DNA of 64,000 nucleotides from Candidatus Sumerlaeia bacterium (GCA_033764015.1 JANRJK010000031.1:80987-144986); one strand, 5' to 3'; positions 33,718 through 44,160 are shown, counted from the first letter of the stretch. Notes: generated from the letters alone by a model not told the origin. Made by a program: numbers and translations.

Positions 33718-34512
33718 ATGGCTCGAACGAGTTCCCGAATCCTGTTCCTGATCAGTGCCGCCGCGTTGTCGGCAGCGGCTGCGCTAGGTCTGTGGTTGGC
33801 GACGGACCGGTCGGGCGATGCTCGATCGGCAGCGGTTCCGCACCCCCCCGCGCTGGCCGCCCCGGCGCCGGAGCCTATTTCGCCGCCCTCCACCGCCGCT
33901 GTCCAGCCGCCGCCCGCCGCGGCGACCGCGGCGGGCGCGCCCGTCGGGGCGCGCGCGATCGCGCCGGTCTCCGAAGCCGACGCCCGCTTCCTCGCGCAGC
34001 AGTACGGCCTGCCGCTCGTCGGTTCCGTCAACGAGCTCGGCGCGCTCCGCAAGTGCCCCGAGTGGCACGTCACACCGGTGGCGGTCTACGCCGGCTGCGA
34101 CGCGGAGGTGGTCGAGGCGCTGAACGGCTACCGCGCGATGAAGGCCCCGGCGAAGGCGCTCGCGCTGTTCGAATTGGGCGCCAAGCCGGACCAGGGGCTC
34201 GAACCGCTCTTCGCGGAGGCGCTGCGGAGCGACCCCTCGCCGGAGGTGCGCGCCGCCGCCGCCGCCGCGCTGACCGCCGCGGAGGGCCACGGCGAAATCG
34301 ACGCGCTCGTGGGGGCGTTGGCGGACGCGGACGCGCTGGTGCGCGAGGAGGCCCGCTCCTCCCTCAGCATGATCCGCAACGGCTACGCGCGGCGGCAGCT
34401 TCTCGACCTGCGCGCCGGCACCACGGACCCCGCCATCCTCGCCATCATCGACCAGATCCTGGAGCAGTCCTATGACGAGCCGCTTGGTTCGCTCGACGGC
34501 GCGGGCCTTTAG
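33718..34512 (+). CDS. Membrane-anchored HEAT-repeat protein
   Basis: N-terminal hydrophobic helix, Pro/Ala linker, DPSPEVRAAAAAAL and DADALVREEARSSL repeats. Confidence 0.7.
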   Translation: MARTSSRILFLISAAALSAAAALGLWLATDRSGDARSAAVPHPPALAAPAPEPISPPSTAAVQPPPAAATAAGAPVGARAIAPVSEADARFLAQQYGLPLVGSVNELGALRKCPEWHVTPVAVYAGCDAEVVEALNGYRAMKAPAKALALFELGAKPDQGLEPLFAEALRSDPSPEVRAAAAAALTAAEGHGEIDALVGALADADALVREEARSSLSMIRNGYARRQLLDLRAGTTDPAILAIIDQILEQSYDEPLGSLDGAGL

Positions 34513-35317
34513 CCTCGCGTTCGCGTTCGCGCTGGCGGCGGGCTGCGCGGACGGACAGCCCGCGCGGGGCCCCGCGCGCCACGCGGAGGAGCAGCCCATG
34601 CCCGGCGCCGAACGCAAGCCCGTGATCCACCTCGCGACGACGCCGTCGGTGCTGCTGGTCGAGCGCCGCCCCGCGCTCCCCGGCGCCGAGTACGCGGTGC
34701 GCACACTGTACCTCTCGGAGGACGGCACCGCGCAGTGGACCCGTGAAACCAGCGGCGACGTGGTGCTGGCCTACGGCGAGGGGGAAGGCAGGAGGGCCGC
34801 CTTCGACGAGGCGCTGGGATTCCCGCGCCTCGGGCCGGCGGGAATCTGCGGAACGGCGGGCACGCTGGAGGTACTGCGGAACCTTCCCGGAGAGGCGCCT
34901 TCGAGCGACGTGTGGCCCGGCGACGCGCAACGGGACAATCGGGTGGTGGGAATGCTGGACCGCCTCGCAGGAGCGGCGAAGGCGCCGCCCGCGGGCGCGC
35001 GCTGGCTCCGCGCGGTGGCGGTCCCGGAGGAGCAGACCGGCTGGATGGAAGAGGCCGGGATGGTGTGCGAGGCGCTCGACAAGGCGCTCGCCAAGGAACC
35101 CGCGCTGGCGGAGGCGCTCAACGCGCCGGGCCGCATGGCGCGGATCGACGGAAGCAACGGGGAGCCGCTCTCATCGCTCCCGGACGAATGCAGGGACGGA
35201 ACCACGGCCACCGTGCGCCGCGGCGGCACCGTTTACCAGGTGCGGCTGCTGCGGGCGGAAGGCGCCACGCCGACTTTCGAAGGACCCCAGACCCAACCTA
35301 GGAAGGTTGAACCATGA
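34472..35317 (+). CDS. Hypothetical lipoprotein
   Basis: Lipobox-like LAAGC after a hydrophobic signal; overlaps both neighbours. Confidence 0.65.
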   Translation: MTSRLVRSTARAFSLAFAFALAAGCADGQPARGPARHAEEQPMPGAERKPVIHLATTPSVLLVERRPALPGAEYAVRTLYLSEDGTAQWTRETSGDVVLAYGEGEGRRAAFDEALGFPRLGPAGICGTAGTLEVLRNLPGEAPSSDVWPGDAQRDNRVVGMLDRLAGAAKAPPAGARWLRAVAVPEEQTGWMEEAGMVCEALDKALAKEPALAEALNAPGRMARIDGSNGEPLSSLPDECRDGTTATVRRGGTVYQVRLLRAEGATPTFEGPQTQPRKVEP

Positions 35318-38300
35318 AGCTGAGCAGCAGACACATCCTGGCGGCGGCCGCCGCGATGGCGCTCGCCGCCCCCGCGGCGCTCGCCGGCGGCCCGCCGCAC
35401 TGGCTGTCGCGGTCGGAGCTCGTCTCCGACGGCATCACCCGCGACGGCGCGGTCCGCGTCTTCGACGTCACCATCTCCTACCACGGCGACCCGGACGGCG
35501 ACAACGACACCACGACGGTGGACGACCGGACGCCGATCGAGGAGGCGATCCAGCACTTCGCCCGCGGCGTGTGGGAATCGACGAACAAGCAGCACAAGCT
35601 CGGCAAGGTGCGCATCTTCCGCAAGGGCCGCTTCTCCGCCCAGGCGGACGTGCTCTGGACCGAGAGCGGGCACCCGTCGGCCTCCGTCGGCGGCATCCAG
35701 TCCGCCGGCCAGACCATCAACATGTTCGACGTCTTCAAGGACGGCAACGGACCGGGCTCCGACTACAACTTCCTCGACGCCGCGAACCGCAAGGGCGGCG
35801 GCTACACGCTGGCGCACGAGTGGGGGCACTACGCCTACGCGCTCCTCGACGAGTACCGCGGCGGCGATCCGGCCTCGAACGCGATCCTCTACTTCCCGCA
35901 CACCACCGACAACCCGTCCAACATCGGCATCATGAACAGCCAGTGGAACGCCCTCGGCGGCGACTTCAGCTGGATCAACTTCTCGACCTCGACGCGCCCC
36001 GGCTTCACGCGGCAGAACGCCCAGTACCGCGTGTACAACGCGGCCGCCTGGCAGACGCTCGCCCGCGAACGCAACCGCGACCCGCGCCGCGGCAACGCAT
36101 TCCCCTTCACCCGCCCGGTCTACTCGGAGCTCACCAAGGTCGCACCGAACGCCGAGAACCCCACGCCTCCCATCGACCTCGCCAGCGACGGCGACAACAC
36201 CGGCCTCGACGAGCTCGAGATCATCTGGATGGGCGAGGACCTGGTGACGGTGATCGTGATCGACCGCTCAGGCTCGATGTCCGGCGACGCGATCGTCAAC
36301 GCGCGCAACGCGGCCAGCCTTCTGGTGGACCTCGCCGAGGTGGACAAGAGCGCCATCGGCGTCGTCTCCTTCTCGAGCAGCGCCACCGTGAACCAGGCGA
36401 TCACGCCGATCGACGGCGAAGCCACCAAGACGCAGATCAAGAGCGTGATCCAGTCGCTCAACGCCAGCGGCGGCACCTCCATCGGCGCCGGCGCCACCGC
36501 CGCGCTGAACATCATCGTGCCCTTCGGCGCGGGCGACGAGAACAAGGTCGTCTTCCTCCTGTCCGACGGCCAGAGCAGCGACGCCCTGACGCCGATCCCG
36601 GCGTACCAGGCCGCCCGCATCCCGATCTTCGCCTTCGCTTACGGCACCGGCGCCGACCAGGCCGCGCTCCGAACGCTCGCGACGCAGACCGGCGGCCAGT
36701 TCTTCGTTTCGCCCACGTCGCTCGCGGAGCTCTCGCAGGTCTTCGTCGCCGCCAACACGACGACCAACTCCCGCAGCTCGCTTGTCTCGTCCAGCTTCCC
36801 GCTGACGGCGGCGGTGACCACGGAGGTGCCTCTGCCCCTCGATTCCACGCTGCGCGCGCTCGACCTGTCGGTCGCGTTCAGCGGCGCGCCCGCGGATGTG
36901 CAGGTGGGCCTCATCGCGCCCGACAGCACGTCGGTCGCCCCGGTCTCGACCTCCCAGTCCGCCGGTGAGACGCTGGTCCGCTTCGCGGTCGATCCGGTGC
37001 AGACCGGCCAGTACCGAGTGTCGCTCACGCCCTCGACCGACAAGCTGGTGACCGTCGACGCCAGCGCGATCCCGCAGGACGGCGTGCCGATCGCGCTCAC
37101 GGTGGGCGCGGACGGCGGGCAGGAGCTCTCCTACCCGAAGCCGATGGTGCTCCGGGCCACGCTCCAGAGGGCGCTCCCGATCGCGGGCGCCACAGTGACC
37201 GCCGAAGTGCAGCGCCCCTCCGGCACCATCGAGACGCTCGCGCTCGCCGACAACGGCGTGTTCCCCGACGACCTCGCGAACGACGGCTACTACGCCGCGC
37301 TTTACGACTACTCCGAGGGCGGCGTCCACACGGTCCGCACCTCCTTCGACAACGAACTCGGCGCCGCCCGCGAAACCTACGGCGGACGCCAGCCCTCGCC
37401 CGACATCACCGGTGTCGAGCCGATCCAGCTTCCCGACGCGCCGATCACGGAGGACTTCCTCCGCAGCGCGTCCTCGCAGATCACCGTCCTCGGGTTCGTC
37501 TCCGACGACCACGGCGACACGACCGACACGGCGACCTCGCTGAAGCCCGACAACAGCGACGAGCCCGGCCGCAACGACTTCGCCGGCGACGTCGACATGT
37601 TCCGCTTCACCGCGAGCGACCCGACCGCGTCCTACGTCTTCCGCGTGAGCGAATTCGCCAAGGGCTTCACCCCGTTCGTCCGCGTGTTCGACCAGGACGG
37701 CGCGACGGTCCTCGTCGAGGCCGGGCTGGACGACGGCGTGGCCGACCGCGGCTACTTCCTCGCGAACCTCGGCAACCTCGCCGAGGGCACCTACTTCGCC
37801 CAGGTGCGCCACGAGGACGACAAGGAGGAGTCGGGCTACTACAACGTCAGCTTCGGCCCTGCGCTCGACAGCGACGCGGGAGGCACCGGCGCCGCCGGCA
37901 CGCGCCTGCGCGTGAACAACTGGGAGATGCGGCTACGCCGCGAGTTCCCGACCGGCGAGGACGTGTTCCGCATGTCCGGCGAGCTGAACGCGGACGGCCT
38001 CGCGCCGAACGTGGACGGCATGGCCTTCAGCAGCACCGCCGGCCTCACGACGATCATGGAGCAGTACCCCGCGGGCGCCTTCACGCAGGGACGCGGCGGG
38101 CGCTGGTACGTGCGCCAGCCGGACCGCATCGGCGACTTCCTCGTGAACCGCGGCGGCAGCTCGCGCTCGCTGTTCTCCGTCGCCGCCGTCAATGACTACA
38201 TCCCGCTGCGCGGGCAGTCGGCCGTCCAGGCCGGCGCCTCCGCCACGGGCGTCACCGACGTGGTCGACCTCGCCGCGCAGCAGCTCGGCGACCTCGGCTC

Positions 38301-38739
38301 CTACTTCACCTACCCCATCCAGACCTTCCGCACGCCGGAGCTGTTCGTCGACTCGCTCGTGGTCTCCGACTCGGCGGCCGCTTCGCGCGACCAGCTCCGC
38401 ACGGTGTGCCGCTTCCCGGGCACCGCGCGCTTCAACCCGGCGTCGGAGGACTTCACGGTCGACGTCGCAGGCGTGCAGTTCACCGCGCCCGCCGGCTCCA
38501 TGACGCCGAACCGCAACTTCACCGTCTGGAGCTTCCTGGCCGACGCGCCGGGAGGCGGACGCTTCCTGCTGCAGGTCGCGCCGGACTCGCGGGCGCTCTC
38601 GCTCCGCGCGGTCGGCACCGACTTCCCCGGCTTCACGTCGGAGCAGCGGCTCACGGTGCGCTACGGCACCTTCGCCCGCACGAACCGCCTGACGATGCAG
38701 ACCACCAGCGGCGCCGCCGGCACGCTGTTCGTCTACTAA
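35314..38739 (+). CDS. Secreted CLCA-like zinc metalloprotease + vWA + beta-sandwich/PPC domains
   Basis: Signal peptide; LAHEWGHYAYALLDEY, IMNSQ; vWA MIDAS (IDRSGSM, GGTSI, LSDG); LADNGVFPDDLANDGYYAALY; DDHGD...DVDMFRF. Confidence 0.85.
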   Translation: MKLSSRHILAAAAAMALAAPAALAGGPPHWLSRSELVSDGITRDGAVRVFDVTISYHGDPDGDNDTTTVDDRTPIEEAIQHFARGVWESTNKQHKLGKVRIFRKGRFSAQADVLWTESGHPSASVGGIQSAGQTINMFDVFKDGNGPGSDYNFLDAANRKGGGYTLAHEWGHYAYALLDEYRGGDPASNAILYFPHTTDNPSNIGIMNSQWNALGGDFSWINFSTSTRPGFTRQNAQYRVYNAAAWQTLARERNRDPRRGNAFPFTRPVYSELTKVAPNAENPTPPIDLASDGDNTGLDELEIIWMGEDLVTVIVIDRSGSMSGDAIVNARNAASLLVDLAEVDKSAIGVVSFSSSATVNQAITPIDGEATKTQIKSVIQSLNASGGTSIGAGATAALNIIVPFGAGDENKVVFLLSDGQSSDALTPIPAYQAARIPIFAFAYGTGADQAALRTLATQTGGQFFVSPTSLAELSQVFVAANTTTNSRSSLVSSSFPLTAAVTTEVPLPLDSTLRALDLSVAFSGAPADVQVGLIAPDSTSVAPVSTSQSAGETLVRFAVDPVQTGQYRVSLTPSTDKLVTVDASAIPQDGVPIALTVGADGGQELSYPKPMVLRATLQRALPIAGATVTAEVQRPSGTIETLALADNGVFPDDLANDGYYAALYDYSEGGVHTVRTSFDNELGAARETYGGRQPSPDITGVEPIQLPDAPITEDFLRSASSQITVLGFVSDDHGDTTDTATSLKPDNSDEPGRNDFAGDVDMFRFTASDPTASYVFRVSEFAKGFTPFVRVFDQDGATVLVEAGLDDGVADRGYFLANLGNLAEGTYFAQVRHEDDKEESGYYNVSFGPALDSDAGGTGAAGTRLRVNNWEMRLRREFPTGEDVFRMSGELNADGLAPNVDGMAFSSTAGLTTIMEQYPAGAFTQGRGGRWYVRQPDRIGDFLVNRGGSSRSLFSVAAVNDYIPLRGQSAVQAGASATGVTDVVDLAAQQLGDLGSYFTYPIQTFRTPELFVDSLVVSDSAAASRDQLRTVCRFPGTARFNPASEDFTVDVAGVQFTAPAGSMTPNRNFTVWSFLADAPGGGRFLLQVAPDSRALSLRAVGTDFPGFTSEQRLTVRYGTFARTNRLTMQTTSGAAGTLFVY

Positions 38740-38781
38740 CCGCGCCGGCGTCCCCGACCGGACGCCCCCCGCAACCCACCG

Positions 38782-38815
38782 CCCCGCCCCGGCCCAGCGC
38801 CGGGGCGGGGTTTTT
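38782..38815 (+). terminator. Rho-independent terminator
   Basis: GC-rich stem CCCCGCCCCGGC with its reverse complement, followed by TTTTT. Confidence 0.85.
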
Positions 38816-38896
38816 CGTGGCCCGTGGAGAATACCCGCGCGCACCGTGCGGTAGTGATCCCGCCGGGCGCGCGCCGCCCCCGCAGGAGGCGAACCC

Positions 38897-40807
38897 TTGG
38901 CCCAGCGCAGCACCGCCGACTTCTTCGCGAACCAGGCCCGCGCCAAGACGCGCACGGGGCTGCTGGTGCTGTTGTTCGCCGCGGGCGTCGCGGGTACCGC
39001 CGCCGCCGTGTGGTTCGCGCTTTCCTTCGCCATCGGCCCCTGGGCGCGCACGCCGCAGGGCGCGCTGTGGATCGCGGGGGGCACGGTGGCGTTCATCGGC
39101 GCGGCCAGCCTGGTCCGCATGCTGATGCTCGCCGGGGGTGGCGACGCGGTGGCGCGCTCGCTCGGCGGACGCCTGGTAGTCGAGCCGAAGGACTTCCAGG
39201 AGCGCCAGCTCCTCAACATCGTCGAGGAGATGTCGCTCGCGAGCGGCGTCCCCGTGCCGAAGGTGTACGTGCTCGAGGACGAGGCGGGCATCAACGCGTT
39301 CGCCGCCGGGTGGAAGCCCTCGACCGCCGTGGTCGGCGTCACGCGCGGCGCGCTCGACCGCTTCACGCGCGACGAGATGCAGGGCGTCGTGGCGCACGAG
39401 TTCAGCCACATCCTGAACGGCGACATGCGCCTGAACATCCGCCTGATGGGGTTCGTGTTCGGGCTGCTCTGCGTGGCGCAGGCGGGCCGGTACATTCTCG
39501 AGGGCGGCGCGCGCGGCTCGGTGCACTCGCGGCGGTCGAAGGACGGCGACGGCGCGGCGAAGGTCGCCATGCTCGGGTTCGCGCTCATCATCATCGGATT
39601 CATCGGCACTGGTATCGCGCGCCTGATCAAGGCGGCGGTCTCGCGCGAGCGCGAATACCTCGCCGACGCCTCGGCGGTGCAGTTCACCCGCAACCCGGCG
39701 GGGCTCTCCGGCGCGCTCCGGCGCATCGGCGGGCTGCACCGCGGCTCCCGCGTGGGCAACCCCGCCGCGGAGGAGGCCAGCCACATGTTCTTCGCCTCCG
39801 CGCTCGATGCGCTCTTCGCCACGCATCCGCCGCTCGACAAGCGCATCAAGGCGATCGACCCGATGTTCGATGGCAAGTTCGAGCCGCAGCCGCCGGGTCG
39901 GGAGGCGGCTCGCGAAGCAACGCTCGCGGACATGTCCGAAGTGGCCGCCTCGGGGCTTTCCACCCCCCTTCGCGTCGGCGCGCGCGCGGTCCTCTCGGCG
40001 CCGGGGCGCATCGATCCCCGGCCCGCCGCCGGGCTGCTCGCAGCGATCCCGGAAGAGCTGCGCATCGCCGCGAAGACCCCGATCTCCCTCTCCGCCCTAA
40101 TCTGCTTCCTGCTCCTGTCAAGGAACGGCGAGGTCGCCGACCGGCAGCGCTCCGTCGTGTTGGCGCGTCTTGGCGCGCCGCCCGCCCGGCAGGCGTTCGC
40201 CTGGCACGCTCAATACCCGGAACTCCCGGAGCGCGCCCGGCTGGTGCTGCTGGACCTCGCCTCGCCCACGCTGCGGCTGCTCGCCGGCCCCCAGGGCCAG
40301 CCGCTGCTCGCAACGGCGCGGGCGATCGCCGACGCGGACGGATCCGTCTCGATCTTCGAGCACCTCCTGCTCGTGCTGCTCCGGCGGCGGCTCGAGCCGG
40401 AGCGCCCCCGCGGGGCGCCGCGCTGGACCGTCGCGTCCAGCCTCGCGCCGCACATCTCGGCGGTGCTGTCCGCAGTGGCGCACCGCTCGACCGCGTCGGA
40501 CCAGGGACGCCGGGCGGCGTTCGTGATGGCCGTCCGCCGGGAGTTCGCCGACTTCCAGCTCGTCTTCGAGCCCCCCGGCCACGCGACGTACCGCCGTTTG
40601 GTGGCGGCGCTCGACACGCTGTCGGAGTCATCGCTCGAAGTGCGGGCTTCGGTGCTGGCGGCGGCGGTCGCCTGCATCGAGCACGACCGCCACCTCGAGA
40701 GCGCGGAGTTCACCATGGTGCGCCTCGTGGCGGAAGCGCTCGAGGTGCCGATGCCCGCGACGCTGGACCCGTCGCTGGTGGCGCCGGCGGCGGAGGCTCC
40801 CGCCTAA
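38897..40807 (+). CDS. M48 (HtpX-like) membrane metallopeptidase with helical C-terminal extension
   Basis: INAFAAG, AHEFSHILNGD, SREREYLADA, FATHPPL; TTG start after SD AGGAGG. Confidence 0.9.
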   Translation: MAQRSTADFFANQARAKTRTGLLVLLFAAGVAGTAAAVWFALSFAIGPWARTPQGALWIAGGTVAFIGAASLVRMLMLAGGGDAVARSLGGRLVVEPKDFQERQLLNIVEEMSLASGVPVPKVYVLEDEAGINAFAAGWKPSTAVVGVTRGALDRFTRDEMQGVVAHEFSHILNGDMRLNIRLMGFVFGLLCVAQAGRYILEGGARGSVHSRRSKDGDGAAKVAMLGFALIIIGFIGTGIARLIKAAVSREREYLADASAVQFTRNPAGLSGALRRIGGLHRGSRVGNPAAEEASHMFFASALDALFATHPPLDKRIKAIDPMFDGKFEPQPPGREAAREATLADMSEVAASGLSTPLRVGARAVLSAPGRIDPRPAAGLLAAIPEELRIAAKTPISLSALICFLLLSRNGEVADRQRSVVLARLGAPPARQAFAWHAQYPELPERARLVLLDLASPTLRLLAGPQGQPLLATARAIADADGSVSIFEHLLLVLLRRRLEPERPRGAPRWTVASSLAPHISAVLSAVAHRSTASDQGRRAAFVMAVRREFADFQLVFEPPGHATYRRLVAALDTLSESSLEVRASVLAAAVACIEHDRHLESAEFTMVRLVAEALEVPMPATLDPSLVAPAAEAPA

Positions 40808-40935
40808 GGCGCCAAACCCGCCCGCCCCGTCCCCTGTCCCAATCCGCGGAGGCGGGCACGCCCGGCGGCGCTTGCGCCGGGACGCCCCCTCCGGCACCAC
40901 TCGACCAACGCCACGCCCCAATGGAGCGACGCCCC

Positions 40936-41532
40936 ATGAACCGATCCGCCATCCGACTCGGCGCCACGCTGGCCATCGCCGCCACCGTCGCGCTCGGCGC
41001 CTCCTGCGCCCGCGTGAAGCGCGTCGATCCCGAGACCGAGCCGATTCCCGGCGTCATGGGCATCGACAGCAAGGACGTGATCCTCATCACGGACAAGATG
41101 ACGCGCGACATGGTTTCCCGCGTGACGCGCTTCCAGAACCCGACCGGGCGCCCGCCCGCCATCGCGTTCTTCGAGATCCAGAACAACACCAACCAGCCGA
41201 TGAGCACGGACCTCTTCCTGCGCCGCGTGCGCTCGCAGATGTTCGCCTCCAGCGACGGCGCCTTCCGCTTCATCGACGAGGCCGCCCAGGCGCGCATCGA
41301 CCAGATCCGCGCCGACAAGCGCGCCGGCACCATCTCCGCCTCCGAGCTGAAGCAGCTCACCGGCGCCGACTTCCTGCTCACCGGCGCCCTCGACGCCCTC
41401 TCGCAGTCGGAAGGCCGCCGCGCGTCGAACTATGTCCTCATGACCATGCGCCTCACCGACACGGAAACCGGCGAGGTGGCCTGGGAATCCGCGGAGGAGT
41501 TCCGCCGCGACCGGCGCATCTCGCTCTTCTAA
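40936..41532 (+). CDS. LpoB/CsgG-like lipoprotein (penicillin-binding protein activator family)
   Basis: Lipobox LGASC, IQNNT, GADFLLTG, LTDTETGEVAW. Confidence 0.75.
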   Translation: MNRSAIRLGATLAIAATVALGASCARVKRVDPETEPIPGVMGIDSKDVILITDKMTRDMVSRVTRFQNPTGRPPAIAFFEIQNNTNQPMSTDLFLRRVRSQMFASSDGAFRFIDEAAQARIDQIRADKRAGTISASELKQLTGADFLLTGALDALSQSEGRRASNYVLMTMRLTDTETGEVAWESAEEFRRDRRISLF

Positions 41533-41539
41533 GGCAACC

Positions 41540-41575
41540 CGCCGCCCCGCGATCCCGCGGGGCGGCGCTTTTTTT
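41540..41575 (+). terminator. Rho-independent terminator
   Basis: Stem CGCCGCCCCGCG/CGCGGGGCGGCG followed by a T-run. Confidence 0.85.
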
Positions 41576-41673
41576 CGACGCATCTCTCCAACCCCCGGGG
41601 ACCTCCGGACACTATTGTCCGGGAGCGCCCAAACCGGCCCGGCTCCCCATCCCCCCGCCACCGGAGCACCCCC

Positions 41674-42459
41674 ATGGGATTCATCCGCAGCGCCATCGCC
41701 CTTCTGGTCCTCCTCGGCGCCGTCGGCTTCGGCGCCCTCTTCGCCACTAACTCCTTCGCGCAAGGTTCCGTCAACAAGCACACCCGCGTGGATGCGGGCG
41801 GCGCCCTCGACAGCAACGCCAGCTCCGTGAACGGCGGCCTCACGGTCGGCGACAACGGCACGGCGAAGGACTTCTCGACCGTCAACGGCTCGATCCGCCT
41901 CGGCAACGGCGCCACCGCCGGGAACCTCGATACGGTCAACGGCTCGATCGAAGCGGGCGACGGCGCGGCCGTCACCGGCATCGAAACCGTCAACGGAGCG
42001 ATCACCTTCGGCAAGGATGCGAAGGTCGGCGGCTCCATCGAAGCGGTGAACGGCGCGGTGTCGCTCGGCACCGGCGCGCAGGTCTCCGGGTCGGTCTCGA
42101 CCGTCAACGGCGCGGTCAAGGTCAAGGGCGGCTCCACGGTCGCGGCAGCGCTTAAGTCCGTGAACGGCGCGATCACCGTCGAAGGGCCGGGCACAACCGT
42201 CGGCTCCGTCGAGAATAGCGCGGGCGACGTGACGATCGAGGGCGCGACGGTGCTCGGAGACGTGACGCTCGAGAAGTCGAAGCGCGGCGGCGGCTTGTTC
42301 GGCTCGAAGAAGCCGCGCCGCGACACGGTCGTCCTCGGCCCCGGCACCGTCATCAAGGGCAACCTCGTCGTGCGCCGCCCCGTGAAGCTGGAGCAGGCCG
42401 AGGGCGCCGTGGTCGAAGGCGAGATCATCGGCCTCGAGCGCGAGCCCGCCGCCGAGTAG
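41674..42459 (+). CDS. Secreted beta-helix repeat protein (DUF4097/putative adhesin-like)
   Basis: Signal peptide; about seven [S/T/A]VNG[G/S/A][I/V/L] repeats. Confidence 0.75.
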   Translation: MGFIRSAIALLVLLGAVGFGALFATNSFAQGSVNKHTRVDAGGALDSNASSVNGGLTVGDNGTAKDFSTVNGSIRLGNGATAGNLDTVNGSIEAGDGAAVTGIETVNGAITFGKDAKVGGSIEAVNGAVSLGTGAQVSGSVSTVNGAVKVKGGSTVAAALKSVNGAITVEGPGTTVGSVENSAGDVTIEGATVLGDVTLEKSKRGGGLFGSKKPRRDTVVLGPGTVIKGNLVVRRPVKLEQAEGAVVEGEIIGLEREPAAE

Positions 42460-42492
42460 GACCGCTCCGGGAGGCGGCGCGGGGCTTTCTCC

Positions 42493-43422
42493 TTGCCGCC
42501 GCCTCCGGAACAGCGTTCCACCACTGCGGACGTGGACACGCCCGCCCCCTCCTCCGACTCGACCGACGCCGCGCCGCACGAACCGCTCTGGCTGATCGTG
42601 TGGAAGCGCCTGCGCCGCTCGCCGCTTTCGCTGCTCGGCCTCGCCATCTGCGTCGCCATGGCGGTCGTCGCGTTGGCCGGACCGGCGCTCGCGCCGCACC
42701 CCCCCAACGAACAGGTGGGCACCCGCGAGGCGAGCCTCGCGCCCCCGTCGCAGGGCTACTGGTGCGGGCAGGACGACCTCGGCCGCTGCATCTTCTCGCG
42801 GCTCCTGCACGGCGCGCGGCTCACGCTCGGCGCGGGGGTCTCGACGGTGCTCTTCGGGATGTTGATCGGCGTGCCGCTTGGCCTCGCGAGCGGCTACTTC
42901 CGCGGCTGGGTCGACTCCGTCGTCATGCGGGCCACCGACATCCTGCTGGCGTTCCCCGACATCCTGCTGGCGCTGGCGGTGATGGCGGCGCTGGGGCACA
43001 ACCTGCGGAACGCCATGATCGCGGTGGCGATCGTCTTCATCCCCAAATTCGCCCGCGTCGCGCGCGCCGCCGCGCTGCAGGAGTCGGGCAAGGACTACAT
43101 CCTCGCGGCCCGCGGCCTCGGCGCCGGGCACGGGGCGATCCTCCTGCGCCATGTGCTGCCCAACTGCCTGCCTCCGCTCCTCGTGATCTCGACGCTCAGC
43201 CTCGGCACGGCGATCCTCTACACCAGCGCGCTCAGCTTCCTCGGCCTCGGCGCCCAGCCCCCCGCGCCGGAGTGGGGCGCCATGCTCGCCGAGGGCCGCG
43301 ACGTGTTCACCTTCGCGCCGCACCTCGTGCTGTTCCCGGGCCTCGCCATCGCCATCAGCGTCTTCGGCGTCAACCTGCTGGGCGACGGACTGCGCGACGC
43401 CCTTGACGTCCGCATCAAGTAA
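42493..43422 (+). CDS. Peptide/nickel ABC transporter permease (DppC/OppC family)
   Basis: GQDDLGRCIFSRLLHG, EAA-type loop (DYILAARGLGA), HVLPN, LSFLGLG.QPP.PEWG, NLLGDGLRDALD; start uncertain. Confidence 0.9.
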   Translation: MPPPPEQRSTTADVDTPAPSSDSTDAAPHEPLWLIVWKRLRRSPLSLLGLAICVAMAVVALAGPALAPHPPNEQVGTREASLAPPSQGYWCGQDDLGRCIFSRLLHGARLTLGAGVSTVLFGMLIGVPLGLASGYFRGWVDSVVMRATDILLAFPDILLALAVMAALGHNLRNAMIAVAIVFIPKFARVARAAALQESGKDYILAARGLGAGHGAILLRHVLPNCLPPLLVISTLSLGTAILYTSALSFLGLGAQPPAPEWGAMLAEGRDVFTFAPHLVLFPGLAIAISVFGVNLLGDGLRDALDVRIK

Positions 43423-43437
43423 GGGAGGAGTGGTCCC

Positions 43438-44127
43438 ATGCTCGAGCTGCTCGCCGCCCTCACCGCCGCGATGATCGCCATCGCCTGGCTGACCAATTTC
43501 ATCTCCTACCGCGTGATCAAGGGGCGCACGATCCGCGAGCGCCGCTGGGACTACAACATCTGCTGCGGCACCACGGACGGCGGCGGCATCAACGCCGACA
43601 TCGTGCGCCACGGCGACGTGCCCAACTTCGAGCTGGTCGAGGACATCCTCCGCCTCCCGCACCCCGACGGCGCCTTCGAACACGTCCTCTGCAGCCACAC
43701 CCTCGAACACGTCGACGACCCGAAGGCGTTCTACGCCGAGCTGCGCCGTGTCGGACGGCGCGTCTGCGTCCTCATCCCCCCCATCTGGGACTACTCCGCG
43801 TCGCTCAACCCGTTCGAGCACCGCGTGATCTTCCTCACCATGCGCTCGCGGCACGACGACGCGCTGCCGCCCTACATCGAGTACGGATTCGCGCGCTGGC
43901 TGCAGTCGAAGATGGGCCAGCGCATCGACGCCGACGTGCGCGGCGGCGCCGCCGTCACCGCCCAGGCGCGCATGCGCACCTTCTTCGACTTCCTGGTACC
44001 CTTCGCGTTCCTCGGCGCGGCATACGCCTCCGTGCTCGATATCGCGCTCTGGCCCGCCGCCATCGCGGGCGCCGCCGTGGTGCTCTGGCTCAGCAAGCGC
44101 AAACCCGCGGCGCAGGCGGTTGCTTGA
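43438..44127 (+). CDS. Membrane-associated class I SAM-methyltransferase-like protein
   Basis: Degenerate motif I (YNICCG), LPHPDGAFEHVLCSHTLEHVDDP..ELRRV; TM helices at both ends. Confidence 0.75.
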   Translation: MLELLAALTAAMIAIAWLTNFISYRVIKGRTIRERRWDYNICCGTTDGGGINADIVRHGDVPNFELVEDILRLPHPDGAFEHVLCSHTLEHVDDPKAFYAELRRVGRRVCVLIPPIWDYSASLNPFEHRVIFLTMRSRHDDALPPYIEYGFARWLQSKMGQRIDADVRGGAAVTAQARMRTFFDFLVPFAFLGAAYASVLDIALWPAAIAGAAVVLWLSKRKPAAQAVA

Positions 44128-44160
44128 CGGCGGGACGTACAGGCGTTAGGAGATTCGCCC

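Noticed and set aside
41820..42180. Periodic ACCGTCAACGG/GTGAACGG motifs resembling a CRISPR-like array
   Set aside because: They are in-frame codons for xVNG protein repeats, short and degenerate, and no cas genes are present.
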